A stretch of DNA of 64,000 bases from Dehalococcoidia bacterium. Its GTDB lineage: Bacteria; Chloroflexota; Dehalococcoidia; DSTF01; RBG-16-68-14. The notes below the pieces were generated by a model that saw nothing but the letters and a program-made list of their open reading frames with translations, made no database searches and was not told where the DNA came from. The DNA is taken from the NCBI GenBank assembly GCA_040882355.1, contig JBBEBM010000029.1, positions 1 through 64,000 on the forward strand, given 5' to 3'. Shown here one piece after another: positions 9,485 through 22,261 of the stretch. Position 1 is the stretch's first letter; the number at the start of each line of letters is the position of its first letter. The position numbers and the translations under genes were made by a program.

Positions 9485-10273
9485 CTAGCGCCCCTTGTAC
9501 TCAGGCTTGCGCTTCTGCGCGAAGGCCAGCGGCCCCTCGCGCGCGTCCTCAGACGAGAGCACCTTCCGCGCGCACTCGTTCTCCTGCTTCAGACCGTCTT
9601 CCAGCGACAGCTCGATCCCCCGCAGCGCCGACTCCTTCGCCAGCCGCACGGCCAGCGGGCCGTTCTCGCAGATCGCCAGGGCCAGCTCGCGCGCCTTTGG
9701 CATCACCTGGTCGGCCGGCACGACGTAGTTCACCAGCCCGTAGCGCAGCGCCCACTGCGCATCGAAGCGGGCGCCGCTGATCAGCAGCTCCAGCGCGATG
9801 CCGCGAGGCAGCATGCGCGGCAGCCGCTGGGTGCCGCCCGCGGCGGGGATGATCGCACGCGTCACCTCCGGCACGCCGAACTGCGCGTGCTCCGCGGCGA
9901 CCCGAATGTCGCTGCAGAGGGCGATCTCCAGCCCGCCGGCGAGGCAGTAGCCGTTGATCGCCGCGATGATCGGCTTGAAGCACTCGAACTCTCGGGTGAT
10001 GCCGCCGAACGGGGCGCGCGGCACGTCGCGGCCGCCCTGCCCCGCCTGCGCCTGCGACATCGCGACCAGGTCGTTGCCCGTCGAGAAGGCGCGGTCGCCG
10101 GCGCCGGTGATGATCGCGACCCAGACGTCGTCGTCGTCGCGGAAGTCGCTGAACGCCGTGAGCAGCTCGTGGCTGGTGAGCGCGTCGATGGCGTTCATGC
10201 GGTCGGGCCTGTTGATCGTGATCAGCGCCAGGCGGCCGTCCTTCTCGTAGAGGATCCGTTCGAAGTCGGACAT
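9485..10273 (-). CDS. Enoyl-CoA hydratase/isomerase family protein
   Basis: NRPDRMNA, AFSTGNDL, KPIIAAINGYCLAGGLE, PEV motifs. Confidence 0.92.
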   Translation of the reverse strand: MSDFERILYEKDGRLALITINRPDRMNAIDALTSHELLTAFSDFRDDDDVWVAIITGAGDRAFSTGNDLVAMSQAQAGQGGRDVPRAPFGGITREFECFKPIIAAINGYCLAGGLEIALCSDIRVAAEHAQFGVPEVTRAIIPAAGGTQRLPRMLPRGIALELLISGARFDAQWALRYGLVNYVVPADQVMPKARELALAICENGPLAVRLAKESALRGIELSLEDGLKQENECARKVLSSEDAREGPLAFAQKRKPEYKGR

Positions 10274-10347
10274 GCGCGTGCTTCCTTTCGTGGCGAAGGT
10301 GGGTGTAGTGTACCTGTCGAAAGGTGGCCGCGAACAGAGCGAGGCGA

Positions 10348-10836
10348 ATGGAGGTCATCGAAGTCAAGCGACACCTGGACGGCCGCGTCGAGCGGTTCGC
10401 CTGCCGGCTCGTCGCGCGCGAGCGGCGCGTCGCCGTCCTCCGCTTCGACCACCAGCGACGGCGAACGGCGGGCGGCTTCGAGCTGCCCGCGGGCGGCCGC
10501 ACCTACGCCTTCCTCTGGCCGCGCCGCTCCTACGTGCTCTACCGCATCCTCGGCCCCGACGGCGCCCTCATCCTCCACCGCTTCGACGTCGTCGAAGGCG
10601 TCCGGCTGGGCGACGGCGAGGTCTCGTACCTCGACCTGCTGCTCGACGTGCTTGTCGACCCGGCGGGTCGTGTCCGCGTCGAAGACGAGGACCACGTCGC
10701 GGACTTTGCGCGGCGCGGTCTGCTCTCGAAGGCCAGGCAGGCGCGCATCGAGCGGGCGAAGACGCTGCTCCGGCGCCGCCATCGGGCCGTCGAGCGGGAG
10801 GCCGCCCGGCTGCTTGCGAGCCTTGGAGTGCTGTAA
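10348..10836 (+). CDS. DUF402/FomD-like protein
   Basis: YLDLLLDV.V and EDEDH acidic motifs typical of DUF402. Confidence 0.7.
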   Translation: MEVIEVKRHLDGRVERFACRLVARERRVAVLRFDHQRRRTAGGFELPAGGRTYAFLWPRRSYVLYRILGPDGALILHRFDVVEGVRLGDGEVSYLDLLLDVLVDPAGRVRVEDEDHVADFARRGLLSKARQARIERAKTLLRRRHRAVEREAARLLASLGVL

Positions 10837-10890
10837 CAGCGCGAGCGGCGCGCCCGTTCAGGTTGTTGATAGGAAAAATACGCTCCGCAT

Positions 10891-10983
10891 CTGTTGAGGC
10901 GACGATCTGAGGCATGGGTCCGCCATGGGTGGACCGCTGGTCACCAGCGAACCTCAGGGAGCCAGTGGTGAAACCGGCAACAG
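10891..10983 (+). ncRNA. c-di-GMP-II-type riboswitch (possibly a GAG variant)
   Basis: P1 CTGTTG/CAACAG, CTGAGG/CCTCAG stem, TCACCA/TGGTGA pseudoknot, and 3' GAGCCAGTGGTGAAACCGGC resembling the class II consensus. Confidence 0.7.
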
Positions 10984-11006
10984 GGCAGTTGCCGGTTTCT
11001 TGTCTT
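10970..11006 (+). terminator. Intrinsic terminator overlapping the aptamer 3' end
   Basis: GAAACCGGCAAC-AGGGCA-GTTGCCGGTTTC followed by TTGTCTT. Confidence 0.65.
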
Positions 11007-11013
11007 CAAAACG

Positions 11014-11703
11014 ATGCGAATCACCCGCCGCACCCTCGCCCTCACCGCCGCCGTCAGCCTGCTCGCGCTCGCCCTCTCCGGCTGCTTCATCGACCAGCTC
11101 CGCCAGAAGTACGCCGTCGACCTGGTCGTAGAGAACCAGACCTGGGACGAGGCGGGCGTGAGCAACGTGGAGCAGGCCCTCGACCTCCTGCCCCGGCACG
11201 TCGTCAACCGCCTGGGCAATCGCTACTACGGGCGGCTGCGCATCCTCCAGAACCCGGGCGGCATCTCGTCAGACGGCTGGCAGCCCTACGAGAACGGCGC
11301 CAACTACTACAGCAACGCCCACGACCGCAACGAGCTGGTGCTCGTGCCCAACCAGCGGACGTTCACCATCCTGCACGAGATCGGCCACGCCTACCAGATG
11401 CGTGAGACGCCCTCCGACCGTTACGCCTGGGTGTTCTTCCAGACGGAGATGCGCGAGTTCATGGAAGCGACCGGCTGGCAGCTCCTCAGCAGCGACGCCG
11501 AGGTCGCAGCCGCGCGCAGCGTCCGCGAGCTGCGCTTCACCTACAGCGGCGTGCCGGTCTGGGATGGCCTCTCCAACGACGACCCTGTCGAGGACTACGC
11601 GAACTCCTTCGCCCAGTACTTCCTCGACGCCAATCAGCTTCGCAACCTCTCGCCGGAGCGCTACCAGTTCATCCACGACCACGTCGCCACCGACTCCCGC
11701 TGA
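11014..11703 (+). CDS. Secreted zincin-like (HExxH) metallopeptidase lipoprotein
   Basis: Lipobox LSGC, ILHEIGHA and a downstream EDYANSF. Confidence 0.7.
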   Translation: MRITRRTLALTAAVSLLALALSGCFIDQLRQKYAVDLVVENQTWDEAGVSNVEQALDLLPRHVVNRLGNRYYGRLRILQNPGGISSDGWQPYENGANYYSNAHDRNELVLVPNQRTFTILHEIGHAYQMRETPSDRYAWVFFQTEMREFMEATGWQLLSSDAEVAAARSVRELRFTYSGVPVWDGLSNDDPVEDYANSFAQYFLDANQLRNLSPERYQFIHDHVATDSR

Positions 11704-11873
11704 GCCTCGTAGTCCGCGACTCGCGACGCAGGCGTTCCTCTCACCTTGACCCGTGACCCCTGACCCTGACCCTCCTCTCCACGTTTGTGCCGCTTCGGCC
11801 GATCTCTTATGATGAGTCAACCCCCCGCGCTCGGGGGGCGAAACATCTCTTAGAGGAGTCGCAGAGGCTGGAG

Positions 11874-12896
11874 ATGGCCCCGGACAAGCTCTACAACGTC
11901 GCCGTCGTCGGCGCGACAGGCGCCGTCGGGCAGGAGTTCCTGCGCACCCTCGGCGCGCGCCGCTTCCCCCTGCGCGACCTGAAGCTGTTCGCCACCAAGC
12001 GCTCCGTCGGCAAGAAGATCGCCTTCGGCGAGCGCGTGATCGAGGTGCAGGAGGCGACGGCCCGCGCGTTCGCCGGCGCCGACTTCGTCTTCATCTCAGC
12101 CACGGACGACGCCTCGCGCCACTTCGCCCCCGCCGCCGCCAAGGCCGGCGCCATCGCCATCGACGACAGCGGTGTCTGGCGCATGGACCCGACGGTGCCG
12201 CTCGTGGTGCCCGAGGTGAACCCGGACGACCTCCTCCAGCACGAAGGTATCTTCGCCATCCCCAACTGCTCGACGACGCCGCTCGTAATGGCGCTCTGGC
12301 CGCTCCACCGCGTCAACCCCGTCCAGCGCGTCATCGTCGCCACCTACCAATCGGTGTCCGGCACGGGGTCGGCGGCCGTGCATGAGCTCGCGGACCAGAC
12401 GCACAAAGTCATGCAGAACCAGCCGGCCCCGCCGCACGTCTATCCGCACCAGATCGCCTTCAACCTGCTGCCGGAGATCGGCTCGTTCAAGGACGATGGC
12501 TACACGAGCGAAGAGTGGAAGGTGACGGCGGAGACCCGCAAGATCATGCACGAGCCCGAGCTGCCGCTCTCAGCGACCTGTGTGCGGGTGCCCGTCTACG
12601 TCTCCCACAGCGAAGCCGTCTGGGTCGAGCTGAGCCGCGCGATGGACCCCGAGGCCGCGACGGACATCCTGCGCAAGGCGCCGGGCATCGTCGTCCAGGA
12701 CGACCCGTCGATCAGCCTCTACCCGCAGCCGCTCACCGCCGCCGGCCGCGACGAAGTCTTCGTCGGGCGCATCCGCCACGACAGCTCCCACCCTAAGGGC
12801 CTCGCCTTCTGGCTGGTCTGCGACAACCTGCGCAAGGGCGCCGCCCTCAACGCCATCCAGATCGCTGAAGAGCTAATCAACCGGAGTCTCGTCTAA
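11874..12896 (+). CDS. asd: Aspartate-semialdehyde dehydrogenase
   Basis: VVGATGAVG, PNCST, TYQSVSGTG, CVRVPV, DNLRKGAALNAIQIAE motifs. Confidence 0.95.
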   Translation: MAPDKLYNVAVVGATGAVGQEFLRTLGARRFPLRDLKLFATKRSVGKKIAFGERVIEVQEATARAFAGADFVFISATDDASRHFAPAAAKAGAIAIDDSGVWRMDPTVPLVVPEVNPDDLLQHEGIFAIPNCSTTPLVMALWPLHRVNPVQRVIVATYQSVSGTGSAAVHELADQTHKVMQNQPAPPHVYPHQIAFNLLPEIGSFKDDGYTSEEWKVTAETRKIMHEPELPLSATCVRVPVYVSHSEAVWVELSRAMDPEAATDILRKAPGIVVQDDPSISLYPQPLTAAGRDEVFVGRIRHDSSHPKGLAFWLVCDNLRKGAALNAIQIAEELINRSLV

Positions 12897-12988
12897 GCGC
12901 GACGTGTGTCGTGGGTCCGTGGCGCTTCCCGCCAGTGGCCATCAGCGCTCCTTGCACCCGCCCACCGCCGCCCTCTCGCTTGACGCGC

Positions 12989-13075
12989 CCTCTCCCTCGG
13001 GGAGAGGGCCGGGCCGGTCCGCCTCCGGCGGACCGGGGTGAGGGCTGCTCCAGCCCCCAGCCTCCAGCTTCCAGC
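12989..13075. repeat. CCCTCTCCC/GGGAGAGGG palindromic repeat containing a TCCGCCTCCGGCGGA module, followed by (yyCCAGC)x4 heptamers
   Basis: Read directly from the sequence. Confidence 0.6.
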
Positions 13076-13134
13076 CGTCGGGCGTTTCGTTTAGAGTGTG
13101 GGGGCGCCCCATCTCCTGACAGGAGTCCTGCAGC

Positions 13135-15054
13135 TTGACCATCGCCCGAGCCACCGAACCCATCACCGCCGACGACGACACGATCCAGCGCGCGCTTGAA
13201 GTCGCGTTTCTCCCTGCCCTGCTGCCCGCGCTCGCCCAGGCGACAGGCGACTTCTCCCTCCTGCAGGACGACCTCCGCCCTACCTCGATGTCCCCGGCGG
13301 TGCCCCAGGGTGGCATGACATCCGACCAGCAGTCGACTGCTCGCGCCCTCGCCTTCGATGCGATCAAAATGCTGCGAGATCGTGGCGCCGACGCTTCGGA
13401 GCGGCCCGTCGAGGACGATGTTCGCCGCATCAGCGAGTGGCTGCTCGGGCCATCCGCCGCCGAAGACTACATCCCGCTGATCGTGGAGGAGCTCGCCCCC
13501 GCAGGGCAGGACCCGCGCGCCCCGACCTGGCGGGCGGACCCGAACACGCCCTTCACAGTCGCCATCATCGGCGCCGGCATGTCGGGCGTGCTGTCGGGCA
13601 TCCGCCTGAAGCAGGCCGGCGTGCCGTTTACGATCATCGAAAAGAACGAGGACGTCGGTGGCACCTGGTGGGAGAACACCTATCCCGGCGCCCGCGTGGA
13701 CGTCCCCAGCGCCTTCTACAGCTACTCCTTTGCTCAGAAGATCGACTGGCCCCACTCCTTCTCCACCCAGGACTGCCTGCTCGACTACTTCCGCGACTGC
13801 GCGGGCGAGTACGGCATTGGCGAACACATCCGCTTCAACACGGAAGTGGAGTCGGTCACGTTCGACGACGAGCGGCGTGTCTGGTCGCTCCGCCTGCGCA
13901 CCCCCGATGGGCGCGAGGAGACGATCGAGGCGAACGCGGTGATCAGCGCCGTCGGACAGCTCAACCGGCCCAACATGCCGGACATCCCCGGCATGACAAC
14001 CTTCGAAGGGCCGTCGTTCCACTCGGCGCGCTGGGACCACAGCGTCGACCTGCGGGGCAAGCGCGTCGCGGTGATCGGCACCGGCGCGAGCGCTGCGCAG
14101 TTCATACCGGTCGTCGCTGAGGAGGCTGACGAGCTCACCGTCTTTCAGCGCACGCCTAACTGGTTCTTCCCGGTCCCGAACTACCACGAAGAGACTCCCG
14201 CCGGGCTGCAGTGGCTGTTCCACCACATTCCGCACTACCTCCACTGGTTCCGCTTCTGGATCTTCTGGATCACGACGGACGGCCTCCTGCCGGCAACGGT
14301 CGTCGACCATCAGTGGGAGGCCCAGGGCCGCGCCGTCAGCGAGGCGAACGACGGCCTGCGCGTCGTGCTCACCATGTATCTGCAGGCGCAATACGCAGAC
14401 CGGCCCGACCTGATCGACAGCGTGGTGCCGTCCTACCCCGTCGCCGCGAAGCGCGTCCTGCTCGACAACGGCATCTGGGCGAAGACGGTGAAGCGCGATA
14501 ACGTCCGCCTTGTCACCGATCGCATCCAGGAGATCACGCCCAGAGGCGTGTTGACGGTCGATGGCCACGAACACGAGGTGGACGTCATCGTGTACGGCAC
14601 CGGCTTCCAGGCGTCACGCTTCCTCACGCCGATGAAGGTTGTCGGAAGGCATGGTATGGACCTGAACGCGCAGTGGGACGGCGATGGGCGCGCATACCTG
14701 GGCATCACCGTGCCGAACTTCCCCAACTTCTTTCTGCTCTACGGACCGAACACCAACCTGGTCGTCAACGGCAGCATCATCTACATGTCCGAGTGCGGCG
14801 TGCAGTACGTGCTCGGCTGCCTGCGCATGCTGCTCGAGGGCGGTCACAAGGCGATCGACCTCAAGGAGGCAGTGCACGCCGCGTACAACGAGCGCATCGA
14901 CGGCGCGAACCGAGAACGTGCGTGGGGCGCCTCGGACGTGAATAGCTGGTACAAAAGCGAGAGCGGCCGTGTCTCGCAGAACTGGCCCTTCGGCGTAATC
15001 GACTACTGGCGCGAAACCCGCCAGCCCGACCCGGCCGACTACGAGGTCCTCTAG
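13135..15054 (+). CDS. Baeyer-Villiger-type flavin monooxygenase (4-hydroxyacetophenone monooxygenase-like, with N-terminal extension)
   Basis: IIGAGMSG, GGTWWENTYPG, BVMO fingerprint FEGPSFHSARWD, VIGTGASA. Confidence 0.88.
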   Translation: MTIARATEPITADDDTIQRALEVAFLPALLPALAQATGDFSLLQDDLRPTSMSPAVPQGGMTSDQQSTARALAFDAIKMLRDRGADASERPVEDDVRRISEWLLGPSAAEDYIPLIVEELAPAGQDPRAPTWRADPNTPFTVAIIGAGMSGVLSGIRLKQAGVPFTIIEKNEDVGGTWWENTYPGARVDVPSAFYSYSFAQKIDWPHSFSTQDCLLDYFRDCAGEYGIGEHIRFNTEVESVTFDDERRVWSLRLRTPDGREETIEANAVISAVGQLNRPNMPDIPGMTTFEGPSFHSARWDHSVDLRGKRVAVIGTGASAAQFIPVVAEEADELTVFQRTPNWFFPVPNYHEETPAGLQWLFHHIPHYLHWFRFWIFWITTDGLLPATVVDHQWEAQGRAVSEANDGLRVVLTMYLQAQYADRPDLIDSVVPSYPVAAKRVLLDNGIWAKTVKRDNVRLVTDRIQEITPRGVLTVDGHEHEVDVIVYGTGFQASRFLTPMKVVGRHGMDLNAQWDGDGRAYLGITVPNFPNFFLLYGPNTNLVVNGSIIYMSECGVQYVLGCLRMLLEGGHKAIDLKEAVHAAYNERIDGANRERAWGASDVNSWYKSESGRVSQNWPFGVIDYWRETRQPDPADYEVL

Positions 15055-15081
15055 CTCGCCGCGGTATCACGCCCGGGCGGC

Positions 15082-16215
15082 TCAGCCGCCGAACCAGAAC
15101 CTACGCCGCGACGCGGCGAACTCCTTCTTTTCCTCCGCCCCCTGCAACGAAGCGTCGGTGAAGGGCGCCACGACCGACGGGCCTGTCAGGAAGTCCACAT
15201 CGACCCGGCCAACCGTGCGATCGCCAAACTCGATGAAGCACGATCCGGCACCGTCGTACGGCTTGGGCGTGCCCTGTTGTCGCAGACGCACCGTGAGGTG
15301 CTCCGCCACCGCCCGGGCGGCGCTTTCGGCGAAGATGCCCGCCTTGGGTACCGGCGCGCTCGTGACATCGCCGACGGCGTACACGTCCGGGAAGCGTGTC
15401 GAGAGGTTCGCCTTGTCCACCGGTATCCAGCCGTCAACCGCCAGCCCCGACGCTTCGACGACGGCAGGGACCCGGTGGACGGGTATGCCGAGAAAGAGGT
15501 CGTATGGCATCGTGTCTCCGTCTCGCAGCCGGGCGGTCTTGGTTGCCGGGTCGATCGACGCCACCACCTGGTTGGCGGCCCACGTAATGTTGCGCTCGCG
15601 AAAGCGCTCCAGTATCGCGTCCGATGCCGGGCCGGACGCGGGGATCGGGATCCCCCACGGCGATACGACGCTCAGGCTGATGTCGCCGCGCACTCCCCGT
15701 TGCGAGAAGTACTCGTCGAGCAGCATCGCCGCCTCGCAGGGCGCCGGTGGACATTTGAAGGGCTCGCTCAGCACGGAGACGACCACGTTGCCGGACGTGA
15801 CCGCAGGGAGCACGTCGCGCAGTCGCATCGCGCCGTCGATCGAGTAGAACTCGTGGCCTCCCTCGGCGAAGCCGGGCGTGGCGCCGGCGTCGTAGTCCGC
15901 CCCCAGCGCAATCACGAGCACGTCGGCGCTGTACGTGTCCCTGTCGGTCACCACCCGACGCGCGACCGGGTCGATCGACGTGATCGTCTCCTGACGAAAC
16001 TCCACGCCCGGCTTCGCAATCGTCCGGTATTGGGAGCTCACATCGTCGCGACCCTGCCGCCCAAACATCAGCTCGAACTTCGAGAAGCCGAAGACAAACG
16101 CATCGTTCTTGTCGATCAGCGTGATCTCGACCTCGCTACCGAACGTGGCGGAGAGCCGCGCAGTCAGCTCCAGGCCACCGAAGCCGGCCCCGCAGATAAC
16201 GACGTGTGTACTCAT
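15082..16215 (-). CDS. Sulfide:quinone oxidoreductase-like FAD-dependent oxidoreductase
   Basis: GAGFGG, FKCPPAPCE, VYAVGD, PKAG motifs. Confidence 0.75.
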   Translation of the reverse strand: MSTHVVICGAGFGGLELTARLSATFGSEVEITLIDKNDAFVFGFSKFELMFGRQGRDDVSSQYRTIAKPGVEFRQETITSIDPVARRVVTDRDTYSADVLVIALGADYDAGATPGFAEGGHEFYSIDGAMRLRDVLPAVTSGNVVVSVLSEPFKCPPAPCEAAMLLDEYFSQRGVRGDISLSVVSPWGIPIPASGPASDAILERFRERNITWAANQVVASIDPATKTARLRDGDTMPYDLFLGIPVHRVPAVVEASGLAVDGWIPVDKANLSTRFPDVYAVGDVTSAPVPKAGIFAESAARAVAEHLTVRLRQQGTPKPYDGAGSCFIEFGDRTVGRVDVDFLTGPSVVAPFTDASLQGAEEKKEFAASRRRFWFGG

Positions 16216-16395
16216 TTCGTTGGCGCCTCCTCCCGTAGACTCATGACAGACTCAACCTATCGGTCGGGGGTCGGTTGCGTGACATTATAGGCGCTTCGGG
16301 CCGCCAGCGTCGCACAATCGCTCTTGCCGGCACCATGGTGGCGCCACCCACGACCCGCGACCCGCAAGCGGCGTCTGCTATAATCGTGGAACCTG

Positions 16396-17301
16396 GTGAC
16401 TGACATGCCTGAATTCGGTCGATTGCTCACAGCGATGGTGACGCCCTTCGCGCCCGACGGCTCGCTGGACTACGAGGCAGCGCGCCGCCTCGCGCTCGCG
16501 CTGCTCGCCTCCGGCAGCGATGGCCTCGTCGTCGCCGGCACCACCGGCGAGGCGCCCACGCTCACCCACGACGAGAAGCTGCGGCTGTTCAGGGAAGTGA
16601 AGGAAGCGGTCGGTGATCGCGGCGCCGTCATCGCCGGCACCGGCACCTTCAACACCGCTGAGAGCGTTGAGCTCACGCGCGAGGCGGAGCGCACCGGCGT
16701 CGATGCGGTGCTCGCCGTCACGCCGTACTACAACAAACCGACGCAGGAGGGCCTGCTGCGCCACTTCAAGGCGATCGCCTCGGCGACGCGTCTGCCGCTC
16801 GTCATGTACAACCTGCCCGGCCGCACCAGCCTCAACATGACGGCGGAGACCACGGTCCGCCTCTCAGAAGTCGACAACATCGCCGGCATCAAGGAAGGCA
16901 GCGGCGACCTCGGCCAGATCGCGACGATCGTCGAGCATGCCCGCTCGGGTTTCCGTGTCTGGAGCGGCAACGACGAGGACACGCTGCCGCTCATGGCCAT
17001 CGGCGGCTACGGCGTGATCAGCGTCATCTCGCATCTCGTCGGCCAGCGAGTGCGCGGCATGATCGACGACCACCTCGCTGGCCGGCCGGACGACGCCGCG
17101 CGGACGCACCGGCGCCTGCTGCCGCTGATCCAGGCGCTCTTCCTGGTCACGAACCCGATTCCCGTCAAGTACGCCATGGCCCGCCTCGGCTTCCCCGTCG
17201 GCGGGCTGCGCCTGCCGCTCTGCGAGCCCGACGAAGCAACCGCCGAGCGGATCATGGCCGAGGTGCGCAAGCACGAGATCGACCTGGCGGTCGCCGTATG
17301 A
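16396..17301 (+). CDS. dapA: 4-hydroxy-tetrahydrodipicolinate synthase
   Basis: TAMVTPF, GTTGE, PYYNKP, YNLPGRT, GIKE, NPIPVK motifs. Confidence 0.95.
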   Translation: MTDMPEFGRLLTAMVTPFAPDGSLDYEAARRLALALLASGSDGLVVAGTTGEAPTLTHDEKLRLFREVKEAVGDRGAVIAGTGTFNTAESVELTREAERTGVDAVLAVTPYYNKPTQEGLLRHFKAIASATRLPLVMYNLPGRTSLNMTAETTVRLSEVDNIAGIKEGSGDLGQIATIVEHARSGFRVWSGNDEDTLPLMAIGGYGVISVISHLVGQRVRGMIDDHLAGRPDDAARTHRRLLPLIQALFLVTNPIPVKYAMARLGFPVGGLRLPLCEPDEATAERIMAEVRKHEIDLAVAV

Positions 17302-17963
17302 GCGACGCCACGGTCGAAGCCCGCATCGAGGTCGTCGAAGCGCGGCCGGAGCACGTCCCGTTCATCGCCTGGGTTGAGCTGGCGGCGGCGCGCTCGCACC
17401 TGCCTCGCGGCGCCTGGGACCTCTACATGAACGGCGCCGAAGCCGAGACGCTGCGCTTCCTCGAGGCGCTCGCCTCGACCGAGGCCTGGCACTGGGCTCA
17501 CGAGCGCAACTTCATCGTCGCGGAGGTCGATGGCCGGCCCGCCGCCGCGCTCTCCGGCTACTTCGAGGAAGAGTGCGGCGGCCCTGCGCTCACGGCAGGC
17601 ATCGAGGAAGCGAACGCCGTGCTTGGCCGGAGCGCCGAAGAGAACACCGCCGGCTGGCAGCGCGCCGGCTCGTTCGCGAAGGTGGAGATCGCGCATGAGC
17701 CGGGCGCCTGGATCGTCGAGTGGGTGGCCACGGCGTCCGAGTTCCGTCGCCGGGGCCTCGTCGGCCGGCTGATGTCCGAGATGCTGGAGATCGGTCGAAG
17801 GAAGGGCGCGTCAGTCGCCCAGATCGGCGTGCTCATCGGCAACGACGCCGCGCAGAGCGCCTACGAGAAGGCAGGCTTCGTTGTCGTGGACGAGAGGCGT
17901 CACTCGGAATTCGAGGCGGCGTACGGCTCTCCCGGCGCGCGGCTCTTGCGCCGCCCGATCTGA
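17298..17963 (+). CDS. GNAT-family N-acetyltransferase
   Basis: EFRRRGLVG acetyl-CoA motif and N.AAQSAYEKAGF; ATGA overlap with dapA. Confidence 0.85.
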   Translation: MSDATVEARIEVVEARPEHVPFIAWVELAAARSHLPRGAWDLYMNGAEAETLRFLEALASTEAWHWAHERNFIVAEVDGRPAAALSGYFEEECGGPALTAGIEEANAVLGRSAEENTAGWQRAGSFAKVEIAHEPGAWIVEWVATASEFRRRGLVGRLMSEMLEIGRRKGASVAQIGVLIGNDAAQSAYEKAGFVVVDERRHSEFEAAYGSPGARLLRRPI

Positions 17964-18952
17964 GCGGCAATGCCAGCGAACCTTCGGCGCGTCAGCCGCT
18001 CGGCTGACGGCACGCCCCCGGCCTGACGGACGTACGCGCCCGCGGACACCGGGTCGTCGTCACCGGCGTCGTCTGGCATCACAACGTCCGCGGCGACGAT
18101 GCCCGGCTGGAGGCGGCCCTTGCTATCGAAGCAACGGTCGTAGATCTGCTCGCCGAACGCCTCGCCCCGTTCGATGAGCCGCGAGACCTGGCGCAGGTCG
18201 CCCACGCCCGGCCCCTCTTCGACATCCGGCTGGATCACCGCGATGCGCGCTTGCTTGCTGAGCAGCTCGATGTCGCGCTCGACGCGGTCGCGGATGACGA
18301 TGTCCACCGTGCGCGTCAGGATGCCGATCACCGTGCTCGGCGCGCTGTTGTCGAAGCAGTGCGAAAGGTCGATGCCGAGCACGTCGCGCGCGCCCAGCTC
18401 CAGCGCCGTCTCCAGGTCCAGGTTCGCGACGACGCCGCCGTCGATGTACGTCTCGCCGTCGATCTCCACCGGCGCGAAGACAGCCGGAATCGCCGTGGAC
18501 GCCAGCACCGCCTGCGAGACCGGCCCGCTGTTGAAGACGTGCTTGCGGCCTGTGCCCATGTTGGCTGCGGTGATGTACAGCGGCACCTCCGTCGCGGAGA
18601 AGTCGTCGATGGTCGTGTGCTCCGTGATCAGCCGCTGGAGGAACTCGTTGCTGAAGATGTAGGGCTGGCGCAGCGCGATCCGGTACGCGATGCGCACCGG
18701 ACTGAAGTTGATGTAGCGGTCGTTCTCAAGGCCGCGCCAGATCTCGACGAGCCGCTCCACTCCCTCGACGTCGGGGTAGAAGGCAAGAAAGGCGCCGTTC
18801 AGCGCCCCCACGCTCGTCCCGATGATGCGCCCCGGCCGGAAGCCGCGGCGCACCAGGACGCGCAGCACACCTACCTGAAGGGCGCCCATCGCCCCGCCGC
18901 CGCTCAGGACGAGCGTCGGCTCCTCTCGATGGCCGTCACGCCGGAACCACAT
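17900..18952 (-). CDS. Patatin-like phospholipase
   Basis: LSGGGAMG, GTSVG nucleophile motif and DGG. Confidence 0.88.
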   Translation of the reverse strand: MWFRRDGHREEPTLVLSGGGAMGALQVGVLRVLVRRGFRPGRIIGTSVGALNGAFLAFYPDVEGVERLVEIWRGLENDRYINFSPVRIAYRIALRQPYIFSNEFLQRLITEHTTIDDFSATEVPLYITAANMGTGRKHVFNSGPVSQAVLASTAIPAVFAPVEIDGETYIDGGVVANLDLETALELGARDVLGIDLSHCFDNSAPSTVIGILTRTVDIVIRDRVERDIELLSKQARIAVIQPDVEEGPGVGDLRQVSRLIERGEAFGEQIYDRCFDSKGRLQPGIVAADVVMPDDAGDDDPVSAGAYVRQAGGVPSAERLTRRRFAGIAAQIGRRKSRAPGEPYAASNSE

Positions 18953-19034
18953 CTCCTACTAAACGTAACAGACAGCAGAACATTCCTTCAATTGTCATAA
19001 CGACAGGCCTAGCTGGGACGGTTTCCCACCAGGC

Positions 19035-19095
19035 TTGACGGGCCGCCTGCGGGCAGGGTAGCCTGGATAGGAAGATACCCCTACCCAGGGGGTAT
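19035..19095 (+). promoter_or_regulatory. Promoter (TTGACG...TAGCCT) and CsoR-type operator ATACCCC-N7-GGGGTAT
   Basis: C/G-tract inverted repeat at 19075-19095 directly upstream of csoR. Confidence 0.7.
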
Positions 19096-19111
19096 GGGTT
19101 AGGAGCGCAGC

Positions 19112-19378
19112 ATGCAGACCACCACCCGAGACCAGGCGCTCAAACGCCTCAACTACATCGATGGGCACCTGGCGGGAATCCGGCGCATGATCGAAGAGGA
19201 CAAGTATTGCGTCGACGTGCTCAAGCAGACGTACGCCGTGCGCCGCGCCATTGAGAAGATGGAGGCGCTGCTGCTGGACGGACACCTGCACACCTGCGTG
19301 GTCGAGGGCGTGCGCGAAGGCCGCGAGGAGCAGGTCGTAGGTGAGTTGCTTCAGCTCTACGAGCTGGCGAACAAGTAG
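19112..19378 (+). CDS. csoR: CsoR-family copper-sensing repressor
   Basis: RLNYIDGHL.GI.RMIE..YC.DVL.Q and H..TC motifs, upstream of a Cu-ATPase. Confidence 0.88.
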   Translation: MQTTTRDQALKRLNYIDGHLAGIRRMIEEDKYCVDVLKQTYAVRRAIEKMEALLLDGHLHTCVVEGVREGREEQVVGELLQLYELANK

Positions 19379-19408
19379 AACGCGCGAGGAACACAGGCCG
19401 TAAGGGTA

Positions 19409-22012
<2,604 letters not shown>

Positions 22013-22020
22013 GAAGTGTG

Positions 22021-22236
22021 ATGCCGGAGACTCGCTACCGCGTCGGCCTGCTGAGCGCCATGCTCTACACGAGTGTCTCGCTGCTTGCGAGTGGAGCCTT
22101 TCTCCTCGCAACCGTAGCGACTGGCGACTACACGTGGGTCGCGCGCCTGGGCGGGACGACATGGGTCTTCCTGCTCTCGATGATCATCCTGATGCCGACG
22201 GTAACGCCGTGGCTGAAGCGAAGGCTACCGAGCTAA
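22021..22236 (+). CDS. Small two-TM membrane protein
   Basis: Hydrophobic 71-aa ORF immediately after copA. Confidence 0.6.
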   Translation: MPETRYRVGLLSAMLYTSVSLLASGAFLLATVATGDYTWVARLGGTTWVFLLSMIILMPTVTPWLKRRLPS

Positions 22237-22261
22237 GGAAAGAAGCGAAGGGAGGGAGAGC

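Noticed and set aside
17900..17963. 64-bp convergent overlap of the GNAT and patatin genes
   Set aside because: Most likely a non-conserved C-terminal run-on, which is common in GC-rich genomes.
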